Assembly (NCBI GenBank): GCA_005223125.1
Contig: NJBH01000035.1
Location: forward strand, 1 to 39,631
From: Promethearchaeota archaeon Loki_b32
GTDB taxonomy: Archaea > Asgardarchaeota > Lokiarchaeia > Sigyniarchaeales > SOKP01
Direction of reading: 5' to 3'
DNA length: 39,631 nucleotides
Part shown: positions 26,502 to 35,056 of the stretch, one piece after another
Numbering within the stretch: the stretch's first letter is position 1
Layout: the number at the start of each line of letters is the position of its first letter
Notes under the pieces: generated by a model
What the model saw: the letters and a program-made list of their open reading frames with translations, nothing else
What the model was told of the DNA's origin: nothing
Databases searched by the model: none
Program-made: the position numbers and the translations under genes

Positions 26502-27116
26502 ATGCCAAGTCGTCGAGGAGATGGGACTCTCGTGTTTAAAATCTGTTTTTATGGTCCAAGTTTAGGTGGAAAGACCACAGCATTGGACTGGGTTTATAAA
26601 CGAGAAGGATTAGCCACGGGAGATATGCAACAGATACAAGATCCCACTGGTCGAACACTCTTTTTCGATCGCGTCGTTGCAAGGGTTTCAAATGTAGTAT
26701 TTCAAGTTTACACTGTTGCTGGTCAGCGGAGACATAAATTCCAACGTCAAACAGTTCTTAAAGGTACAGATGCTGTTATATTTACTTGGGATTCATTAAT
26801 AGACCAGTGGGGAGAGAACATATGGAGTTTAAAAGAATTGCTCCGATTCTATGGCGATAGACTAATCCCAACTGCAGCTTTTGAACCTCCTCAAGTACCC
26901 TTAACGGCACTAGCAAATAAAAGAGACCTAGAGGATATTATAGAAATCTCTAAAATACGACAAGCACTCGATACCGCTAAACTCAATCATGTGTTAATAT
27001 ACGAGACTATAGCGATTCAAGGAGTGAACGTAAAGAGGGCTTTTGTTTACGCTGCTCGCCAAGCAGTATTAAACCATTACAAGAAACTTTCAGGGAAAAC
27101 AATGGAAAGTGCTTAA
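26502..27116 (+). CDS. MglA-like small GTPase (Ras superfamily)
   Basis: G1 GPSLGGKT, G2 region GRTLFFD, TVAGQ in place of DxxGQ as in MglA, G4 NKRD; ATG at 26502 preferred over TTG at 26493. Confidence 0.9.
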   Translation: MPSRRGDGTLVFKICFYGPSLGGKTTALDWVYKREGLATGDMQQIQDPTGRTLFFDRVVARVSNVVFQVYTVAGQRRHKFQRQTVLKGTDAVIFTWDSLIDQWGENIWSLKELLRFYGDRLIPTAAFEPPQVPLTALANKRDLEDIIEISKIRQALDTAKLNHVLIYETIAIQGVNVKRAFVYAARQAVLNHYKKLSGKTMESA

Positions 27117-27223
27117 TCTAATTTTTTTCTATTATAAGTAAATTATTTTTGATTTAGCTTTTCTTAAGAACTCTAAGATATCCACACATTTAAGTACCAA
27201 CAAAACATTTTAGGTAGAATATT

Positions 27224-27533
27224 TTAAGATTGGAATTTAAATCCACAATTGATGCAAAATCTAATTTCCGTACTTATAAGTTTTTGACCACATTCAGGAC
27301 AGTATCTCACTTGAATGTTTATAGGTTCTATTGGAGTTTTTATGATTAAATCTTTCCTTTCTTCAATCCGAATAACCTCTTCTCTTGGTTTAATAGTCCT
27401 AATAGCAATAGTCCCGATGATAGCTAAGGCTGCGCCTATGAATGGAGCAATCAAAGCGAATCCTGGGTTGTTTGCCCCCGCCTATAACTCAAAATCTCGT
27501 TCAATGCCAATATAGTCATAAAAAATATTCCCA
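27224..27533 (-). pseudogene. Remnant of a membrane protein with a C-terminal zinc ribbon
   Basis: TM helix plus CPECG...CINCG; the frame continues upstream through one TAG (GIERDFEL*AGANNPGFAL); no clear start; 5' boundary approximate. Confidence 0.6.
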
Positions 27534-27655
27534 AAAAAATATGAAGTTTTTTTAAATCGATAAAAGTTCTTCTTTTGATATTTCTTGTTGACATATATTT
27601 GAATCTAATGATTAGAGTTTAGATAGTTTTATATATTAATTCTAGAAAACGTGTT

Positions 27656-28090
27656 TTAGAAATTTTTACTGTTCTTTCTCTTTGCTCTTTTTGAATTTAA
27701 TTTTATATGTAAATCTTCACACCGCTTATACCACAGAATTTCATAATCTTTTTGGTCAATAACTCGATCACTTAGATCCGCAATAGAAAATAGACCTTCA
27801 TCTTTACACCATTTTATACATATTTTATACAACTCCCAGTCTAATTCCTCATCTTCCCAAATTACAGGAATTTCTGTAAAACCCGATTGATAAGCAGCAA
27901 AAGCTCTTGTATGACCATCAGTATAAAAGATATCTTTGCCTAGTTTTTTAATAGGGATAACCCCTAAAGTCGAAAGATTTTTTGGGTCGAAAGATTCTTT
28001 AATCATGGCAAGTTTTTTCTTGCTGATGTATAATTGACTAGGTTGGATTTCGCTTAATTTTAATTTAAAAGAAATATCTACAGAATTCAT
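27656..28090 (-). CDS. ParB/sulfiredoxin-like domain protein
   Basis: IQPSQLY...IPI...TDGHTRAFAA resembles the ParB-like DGHxR motif. Confidence 0.7.
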   Translation of the reverse strand: MNSVDISFKLKLSEIQPSQLYISKKKLAMIKESFDPKNLSTLGVIPIKKLGKDIFYTDGHTRAFAAYQSGFTEIPVIWEDEELDWELYKICIKWCKDEGLFSIADLSDRVIDQKDYEILWYKRCEDLHIKLNSKRAKRKNSKNF

Positions 28091-28121
28091 TATTTAAGAT
28101 AACATTTGCAAGATTATTAAA

Positions 28122-28652
28122 TTATAAATAGATTATTTCAGGCTCAACTTTTTCTTGAGATATTCTAAGGTATCCATAAGAGTTAATACTAGTAAATTTT
28201 TTATCCATAGGGGTACCTGGACTGATGTACAATTTACCATTCCTCCATACTTCATTATAAGGGCGGTGAACATGCCCAAAAATTATAATATCATATTTAG
28301 ATAAATCATGACTTCTATTCAATCGTTTGATTATGATATTGGGTCCACCCGTTCCGTGTGTTATAAAAATATTATGTCCAAATAAATTCAGCTCTATAGT
28401 TTCTGGTAACTCTTGTTTTATTTTAGATTCATCCATATTACCTTTAATTCCTATAACTTTCTCTTTACCAAAAATATCTTGAAGGTACTCATATACTTTA
28501 AAGCTAGTAAAATCCCCTAGATGAACTAAGCAATCAATATTTTTATCTTTAAAGTCTTCTATAATGAGTTGTGGGATTTCTGGTTGTCTTGAGGGAATAT
28601 GAGTATCGCCAATAAGTCCGATCAATAGTTCTTTCTTATTCGTTGTTATCAT
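28122..28652 (-). CDS. YfcE/Vps29-family metallophosphoesterase
   Basis: GDTHIP, HLGD, GNMD, THG, GHVH, SPGT; start may be 28652 or 28664. Confidence 0.9.
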   Translation of the reverse strand: MITTNKKELLIGLIGDTHIPSRQPEIPQLIIEDFKDKNIDCLVHLGDFTSFKVYEYLQDIFGKEKVIGIKGNMDESKIKQELPETIELNLFGHNIFITHGTGGPNIIIKRLNRSHDLSKYDIIIFGHVHRPYNEVWRNGKLYISPGTPMDKKFTSINSYGYLRISQEKVEPEIIYL

Positions 28653-29568
28653 TTTTTTCCGCATCTTTCAATCTTGTTTTAGTTACTCTTAAGGCAAAAT
28701 TAATTACTTCCTCTAGATTTGCCCATTTTCCTTTATTTATCATTTCCTTAATCCAATAAAATAGATCTTGGCTAATGGCAACAGTAGTAAGTATTGGTTT
28801 TAATGCTTGTTGTTCATCAGATTTTGCTTTATTTAACAACCAAGAAATCATATTGGTTACTAATTTAAAGTTATCAGCAGCTCTTATTCCATAAGATTTT
28901 TTCAAACTTGAAAATATTGATAAATTTCCTATCACAATTACTTTTCCAGGACCATAGTGTGTAGCGCCAATGATTGGAAGCTGTTGTTCTGATTTGTCCT
29001 GCCACTCATTTCCATTAAAATATCTATGCCATGAAGTGGTTTCAGAAGAAAATGCTAAACTATTCACATTAATATTTTCATCTTCGATTGATTTATCTAT
29101 TACTAATGAGCATCCATTTGAGTGAATAATTTGATAAATATCTCTTGTAATAAAGTGGTTTCTAAAATCCTTTATTATTGGATGAGCATTATCTTTTGAG
29201 AAATTCTTATTATCAAATAATATATCTGAATTAAAAACTATCCCAAAGTTTTTAGTTAATTCAGAGAGATTATTTTTATTTTCATAATCACCACCACCAT
29301 CATTAATTACAAGAAGACTTCCTCCATCTTTAGCATACTTAACTAAAGCACTAATTTCATCGATATCAAAATCAGGACCAAGATGGGGTACTCCAATTAT
29401 AAAGAGATCATATTTATTTAGCTTTTCATAAGTAAAGCCCGCTTCAATTTTCCCCAATTTAAAAGCTGAATCGAAAAGATATTGAATAAAATCAGTAAAT
29501 GCATTATTTTCAATAGTTAATTTATTATTATGAGAATGATCAAAACCAATTGCGATTTTCTTTGTCAT
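28636..29568 (-). CDS. GIFT/IFT52-like (class I GATase-like fold) protein with a possible C-terminal ribbon-helix-helix
   Basis: FDHSHN, EISALVKYAKDGGSLLV, LTKNFGI.FN, YGPGKVIVIGN..IFS, DNFKLVTNMISWL; tail GKWANLEEVINFALR. Confidence 0.7.
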   Translation of the reverse strand: MTKKIAIGFDHSHNNKLTIENNAFTDFIQYLFDSAFKLGKIEAGFTYEKLNKYDLFIIGVPHLGPDFDIDEISALVKYAKDGGSLLVINDGGGDYENKNNLSELTKNFGIVFNSDILFDNKNFSKDNAHPIIKDFRNHFITRDIYQIIHSNGCSLVIDKSIEDENINVNSLAFSSETTSWHRYFNGNEWQDKSEQQLPIIGATHYGPGKVIVIGNLSIFSSLKKSYGIRAADNFKLVTNMISWLLNKAKSDEQQALKPILTTVAISQDLFYWIKEMINKGKWANLEEVINFALRVTKTRLKDAEKNDNNE

Positions 29569-29639
29569 AATTTAATATACGTAATGTTTTCTTATTAAAA
29601 TCATTTTTAATTTGATACAATGATATGAATACAACACTA

Positions 29640-31007
29640 TTATTTTGTTGATAAGTTTTTTAAGGTGATAAATGCACTTCCAATTTGAACTCGAACTAGT
29701 TTTTGGATTGGAATAACTTCGAATTTTGTTTGGCTTAATAACTCGTTTATTCTTTTTTTAATCCATTTTTCTAAGTCAGTTTTGATTTTCATCAGTTCTG
29801 TTTTCTTTTCTGGATGATTCAAAAAGGCTTCTTGACACAATCTTACTATCATTGATATAGAGAGTAAACTGTAATATCTACTTGAGATGTTTGAATCAAA
29901 TGCTTGCGACACTGTTGCTTTTCCATCATACATGGATGATGTTTTAGCATCTTGCATATATACTTCTAGCATCATTCCAGAAGTTTTAATTAGATACTCC
30001 ACCGCACTATAAAGTTTTGTAATCTTTTTGCAATATTTCTTAATTGATCGAAAGATTTTCTTAGAATGATTATAGACATCTTTCATGTAATCTATTGACT
30101 TTATAAGAAGGTCTCTTCTTTCAAATTCAGTGTGAGATAAATCATCGATAGCTTCATCGTAAAAATAAGGCATTTCACAAACTAATGCCATGCTTTTATC
30201 ACCCATGATTCTTTTAAGATAATCATCTGATGATGTCCCACACCGTAAAATGTCTTGAGGATCCTCTACACCATTAGTTTCAACAAAATCATAAGTCTCT
30301 TGGATACCAAAGAGTTCGAAAACTGCATCATGTAGAGTTTTAATATAAGGTGCTTCAGGTTCTCCAAGATGTAATGGTAACTTTTCTTTTTTAACAAATT
30401 CAATGAGATCAGTAAATAAGTTTCCAACTCCACGAGTAACATAGAAATAGACACCACCAAAACCCGAATTATGGAGACTATACATGAACTTAGGTTTTAA
30501 TTTTTTCATTAAAGACATTAAAGCTTGAGTTTCGGATGGTGGAGTTTTGAATTCAAGCTTCTTGTATTTAGTGGGAAAAGACCATTCAATTTGTTCATAA
30601 CCTGCGGGTCTATAATAATTCTTAGCATATTTTAAAGGATTAAATTCCCCTTTAAACCATCCTTCGTTAAGAATCGCACCATCAATATCAATTGCTTTAA
30701 TTAAATACCATGTATAACCGGTTTCTTTCGTAAACTCAGGATTTTCTGCTAAAAAACATGATAAGAACTCCAAACTCATACTCCCTATTGGTTCATTGGG
30801 ATGTGGGAATCCAAAGAGAAGTGTATTCTCTTTTCCTTCACCAATTTTTAAGCAATATATTGTTCTTCCTTCTCGTGATTTACCAATTTCTTTCAAGTCT
30901 ACATGGTCAAATTTCTCAGCTAGCTTTTTACTAGAATCATCCAATTCCGCAATTGTCATGAATTCTTTATATTCTGGGATTTGGTTTAAGATTTCTATTA
31001 GTTCCAT
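29640..31007 (-). CDS. M14-family zinc carboxypeptidase
   Basis: IGKSREGR, HPNE (HxxE), SETQA, SLH. Confidence 0.88.
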   Translation of the reverse strand: MELIEILNQIPEYKEFMTIAELDDSSKKLAEKFDHVDLKEIGKSREGRTIYCLKIGEGKENTLLFGFPHPNEPIGSMSLEFLSCFLAENPEFTKETGYTWYLIKAIDIDGAILNEGWFKGEFNPLKYAKNYYRPAGYEQIEWSFPTKYKKLEFKTPPSETQALMSLMKKLKPKFMYSLHNSGFGGVYFYVTRGVGNLFTDLIEFVKKEKLPLHLGEPEAPYIKTLHDAVFELFGIQETYDFVETNGVEDPQDILRCGTSSDDYLKRIMGDKSMALVCEMPYFYDEAIDDLSHTEFERRDLLIKSIDYMKDVYNHSKKIFRSIKKYCKKITKLYSAVEYLIKTSGMMLEVYMQDAKTSSMYDGKATVSQAFDSNISSRYYSLLSISMIVRLCQEAFLNHPEKKTELMKIKTDLEKWIKKRINELLSQTKFEVIPIQKLVRVQIGSAFITLKNLSTK

Positions 31008-31168
31008 TTTTTTTCACCCTTAAAAATTAAGTGAATTTCGCTTATAAGTATTATAAGAATTTAATATTTTTTTCTTTATAAAATTGTTATATCTTCTTTT
31101 AATCATTTACTGTTAGTGGATAAGTAGACAAACTATAATTTTAATAGATTAAGAAATTTAATTTATTT

Positions 31169-31531
31169 ATGTTAAAAAAGAATTATAAGGATGTTGATGC
31201 ACAAGAAGCAGTTCTAGCCGATGGTACAAAAGTAAATGGTATTTATATTAGATGGTTAATCGATGAAAATTTAGGTGCTAAGAATTTCGCAATGAGGCGA
31301 ATTAAAATTAAACCAGATCAACGTGTTCCTCTTCATAATCATCCTGAAGAACATGAAATTTATGTGTTATCTGGGACTGGGAAATTTTATAATGATAAAG
31401 GGGAGGCTGAAATTGCAAATCAAGGAGATTTTGTTTATATTCCTTCTAATGAAAAGCATGGAATGGACAATATAGGTGAAGATAATCTGATTTTTCTCTG
31501 TCTTATCCCATATCTTAAAAGCAATAATTAA
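31169..31531 (+). CDS. Cupin domain protein
   Basis: PLHNHPEEHEIYVLSG and GDFVYIPSNEKH. Confidence 0.93.
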   Translation: MLKKNYKDVDAQEAVLADGTKVNGIYIRWLIDENLGAKNFAMRRIKIKPDQRVPLHNHPEEHEIYVLSGTGKFYNDKGEAEIANQGDFVYIPSNEKHGMDNIGEDNLIFLCLIPYLKSNN

Positions 31532-31536
31532 ATTTA

Positions 31537-31587
31537 TTAAGTTTCTTGTTCACATTTCCTTATTGCTACTACAGAATCATTTTCATA
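31537..31587 (-). repeat. Second copy of the gyrA 3' end (direct repeat with 32570-32620)
   Basis: 47/51 nt identical by manual alignment, including the stop codon. Confidence 0.92.
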
Positions 31588-31609
31588 AAAATTTTTATTA
31601 CTAATATAT

Positions 31610-32044
31610 TTAGGAATTCTCATTAACATATTCATCAAAAAAAATAAGTTCGACATCAAACAATTCATTTTCCATTGCTTTTTCAAGTTCTTTCACTTTA
31701 TGATAAAAAATTGCTTTTCCATTAATCGATTCGGCTAATGCAATTGTTAAACAATCTGCAATCGCAATAGGTCTCTGACATTTTAATTGCGAGGCTCTAT
31801 TTATTAAATTATTTATAGGTTCAATCTGAATAATATGACTTTCTTTTAAGGCATTAACCTTTTTCTTTGCGATTTTCCAGGTAAATTTTCGACAAAGGAT
31901 ATAAAAAGTTTCTAATATTGCCATTTCTGAACAATATCCTTTCCATTTAGTCTTTAAAAGGTTCTGAAATATTTTCTTTAACGGTTCGTCAGCTTGGATT
32001 GCTATTAAGCAACTTGCATCAATAGATACTAAATTATTTTTCGT
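31610..32044 (-). CDS. PIN-domain (VapC-like) toxin; full frame starts at ACG
   Basis: The frame extends 40 codons above the ATG at 31924 and contains VSIDAS; further PIN motifs are ILETFY and IADCLTIALA. Confidence 0.8.
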   Translation of the reverse strand, partial: TKNNLVSIDASCLIAIQADEPLKKIFQNLLKTKWKGYCSEMAILETFYILCRKFTWKIAKKKVNALKESHIIQIEPINNLINRASQLKCQRPIAIADCLTIALAESINGKAIFYHKVKELEKAMENELFDVELIFFDEYVNENS

Positions 32045-32276
32045 CTTCCTTTCGCCCCCTTCTTAATTCTCTCAGTAGATCTTCAGAAGATACATTTTCC
32101 ATGGTTTCACAAAATATTTCAAATTTTTCCCAGTTCTGCTCTTGATTAAAGTATTGATCAATTAAGTAAGAAATAGCCCTATCAAAGTCGACTCGAGTAC
32201 CTGTTTTTTTCTGTAAATCTGCCGCTACTTTTATTAATTTAATTTTTGTGTCCTTCTTAAGCATAACTGTTCCCAT
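32034..32276 (-). CDS. Putative antitoxin (RHH-like)
   Basis: 80 aa; TVML...VDFDRAISYLI; directly upstream of and overlapping the PIN gene. Confidence 0.75.
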   Translation of the reverse strand: MGTVMLKKDTKIKLIKVAADLQKKTGTRVDFDRAISYLIDQYFNQEQNWEKFEIFCETMENVSSEDLLRELRRGRKEDEK

Positions 32277-32384
32277 ATTTATATCACATCTTTATAGTTT
32301 TAACAAAGAATATAATCATGATATTTATAATATAAATTATAATGAATTAAATATATATTTTTTTGTATTATTTAATGATTTATA

Positions 32385-32530
32385 GAGAAAAAGAATTTAT
32401 CTTGTTATCTTGGCACTAATAATGAAAAGAGTGTAAAATTGTACAGACATTTTGGGTTTAATATTCTGAAAAAGCATCAAACCTCTGAAACTGATGTTCT
32501 AAATTAGTCAGTATTAAGAAAAAATCCACT
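32385..32530 (+). pseudogene. GNAT acetyltransferase C-terminal remnant
   Basis: EKKNLSCYLGTNNEKSVKLYRHFGFNI...DVLN*SVLR resembles the GNAT tail (YLET...N..LY..FGF); no start codon and one internal TAG. Confidence 0.65.
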
Positions 32531-32569
32531 ATATGATATGATAGATTCTATAATTTTCTCCGAATAAAT

Positions 32570-35008
32570 TTAAGTTTCTTGTTCACATTTCCCTATTGCT
32601 ACTACGAAATCTTTTTCATATAATTTGATAACTCGAACTCCTTTTGCTTTTCGATGTGTTATTCTTATTGAATCCACTGGAACCCTTATTACTTGCCCTT
32701 GTTCTGTTCCAACTAATAAATCCATGTGTTTTGCTATTTTTATTGCTATCACTTCATCATTTTTTGCTTTATTTAATGTGATATTCCTTACACCTTTAGC
32801 GGACCTACCAGTTTTACGATATTCTTTAACGTAAGTTCTTTGACCATACCCATTTTGAGTGAGTGTTAATATTATCTCATCATTAGATACAAGGAGACTA
32901 TCAATTACTTCATCATTTTCTCTTAGTTCTGCTCCTTTTACTCCCATAGAAGTACGGCCTAATTCTCTTAATTCAGATTCATCAAATCTAACAGCATAGC
33001 CTAATTTAGTAGCTATAAAAATATCTTGGAGTTCATTGGAGAGTCTTTTAACACTTATTAATGCATCATCTGCCCTAATCCTTTGAGCTCTTACCCCAGT
33101 ACTTCTAAATTTTGAGAATAGTTTTAAAGGAGTTTTTTTAATAATCCCATTCTTTGTCGTCATAATAAGCATTTCATTAGTATTGAAGTTATTAATTGGT
33201 ATCATAGCTGATATATTTTCGCCTGATTGCAATGGTATAAAATTAATAATTGGTTTTCCTCGAGCAGTTCGTTTTTGTGGTGGAATATTAAAACATCTAA
33301 TCGAATAAACCCTCCCTTTTGAAGTAAATATTAAAATTGTATCATGAGTTGTACAAACAAATAAATCAGTAATAAAATCCTCTTCACGTATAGTCATACC
33401 TCTTTTCCCGCGACCGCCTCGTCTTTGAGCGTGGTATTCTTCCAAAGATATTCTTTTGATGTATTGATTTTTAGTAAAAATTACAATGGTGGTTTCTTTT
33501 TTGATTAAATCTATGTTTTCAATTTCTTTTATTTCATAGTGTTCAACCATTTTAATTTCAGTCTTTCTATCATCTCCGTACTTTTTGTTTAATTCGATTA
33601 AATCGTTTTTAATTATATCTAAACGAACCTGTTTTTCTTTCAGAATTTTATTATAATCTTCAATACTAGTATGTAATGATTTTTGTTCATCTACTAACTT
33701 TTGTTGTTCTAAATTGGTTAATCGAGATAGAGGCATACTTAAAATAGATTGAACTTGAATATCACTTAATTTATAAGTTACTTTTAACTTATTTTTAGCT
33801 TCTTTAGTGTCTTTCGAACTTTTGATTATATTCACTACATTATCAATATCATTTAACGCAATTAAAAGACCTTCAACTCTATGAAGTCGATCTTTTGCCT
33901 TTTTTTGGAGATATTCGGTTCTTTTTTGAATTATAACTAATCGATGTTCAATATATTCATTAATAATTTCTTTTAGATTGAGAATTTTTGGTTGCTTACC
34001 ATCATTAACCAGAACTAGATTAGTTATATTAAATGTTGTTAGAAGTCTAGTCCTTTTAAAGAGAATATTTTTTATTATAACAGGTTGAGCTTTTTTAGAT
34101 AAATCTAATACAATGCGCATTCCTTTTCTATCTGATTCATCACGCAAATCTCTAATATCCTTAATTACTCCATCTTTTATTAGTTTAGCGATAGATTCAA
34201 TTAAAGTTGTTTTATTAACTAAATAGGGAATTTCAGTAATGATTAAACTAGTTTTGTTTCCTTTTATTTCAGTTTCAATCCTACCACTATTATTAATAGT
34301 TCCATTCCCTGTATGATATGCATTGTAGATTCCATTTGTGTCAGTAATAATTCCTCCTGTTGGAAAATCAGGACCTTTTATGATTTCCATTAATTCGTCT
34401 ATGGAAATTTCAGAATCTTCTATAGTTGCGACAATCGCATTACAAACTTCTGTTAAATTATGTGGGGCCATGGATGTTGCCATTCCCACAGCAATCCCTT
34501 TAGTACCATTTAATAAAATATTCGGAAGTTTTGCTGGTAAACATAATGGTTCAGAGGTACTATTATCAAAATTCGGTTGAAACTCTACAGTCTCTTTATC
34601 AATATCTCCAATCAATTCATTTGAGATTTGAGATAATCTTGCTTCAGTATACCTATAGGCTGCGGGAGGATCTCCATCTATAGATCCGAAATTTCCCTGT
34701 GGATGGATTAAAGGATATCTTAATGAGAAATCTTGTCCCATTCTAACAAGTGCATTATAAACAGACATATCGCCGTGAGGATGATAGTTTCCTAATACTT
34801 GGCCTACAATTTTAGCACACTTGACGTGTGAACTATTCCAATTCCAATTACTTTCAGCCATAGCGTAAATAATACGTCTGTGAACGGGTTTCAGACCGTC
34901 CCTGACATCTGGAATGGCTCGTCCTACGACTACGCTCATAGCATAATCGATGTAGCTGCTTTGCATTTCATCTTTTAATAAAATCTCTTCTATTTGTTCT
35001 GAAGTCAA
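32570..35008 (-). CDS. gyrA: DNA gyrase subunit A
   Basis: RDGLKPVHRR, YHPHGD, catalytic AAYRYTE, GyrA-box QRRGGRG, CTD blade repeats; TTG start with GGTG upstream. Confidence 0.98.
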   Translation of the reverse strand: MTSEQIEEILLKDEMQSSYIDYAMSVVVGRAIPDVRDGLKPVHRRIIYAMAESNWNWNSSHVKCAKIVGQVLGNYHPHGDMSVYNALVRMGQDFSLRYPLIHPQGNFGSIDGDPPAAYRYTEARLSQISNELIGDIDKETVEFQPNFDNSTSEPLCLPAKLPNILLNGTKGIAVGMATSMAPHNLTEVCNAIVATIEDSEISIDELMEIIKGPDFPTGGIITDTNGIYNAYHTGNGTINNSGRIETEIKGNKTSLIITEIPYLVNKTTLIESIAKLIKDGVIKDIRDLRDESDRKGMRIVLDLSKKAQPVIIKNILFKRTRLLTTFNITNLVLVNDGKQPKILNLKEIINEYIEHRLVIIQKRTEYLQKKAKDRLHRVEGLLIALNDIDNVVNIIKSSKDTKEAKNKLKVTYKLSDIQVQSILSMPLSRLTNLEQQKLVDEQKSLHTSIEDYNKILKEKQVRLDIIKNDLIELNKKYGDDRKTEIKMVEHYEIKEIENIDLIKKETTIVIFTKNQYIKRISLEEYHAQRRGGRGKRGMTIREEDFITDLFVCTTHDTILIFTSKGRVYSIRCFNIPPQKRTARGKPIINFIPLQSGENISAMIPINNFNTNEMLIMTTKNGIIKKTPLKLFSKFRSTGVRAQRIRADDALISVKRLSNELQDIFIATKLGYAVRFDESELRELGRTSMGVKGAELRENDEVIDSLLVSNDEIILTLTQNGYGQRTYVKEYRKTGRSAKGVRNITLNKAKNDEVIAIKIAKHMDLLVGTEQGQVIRVPVDSIRITHRKAKGVRVIKLYEKDFVVAIGKCEQET

Positions 35009-35056
35009 TTATAACACCATTTCTATTTCAAATTATTATAAATTAATAGATAAGAA

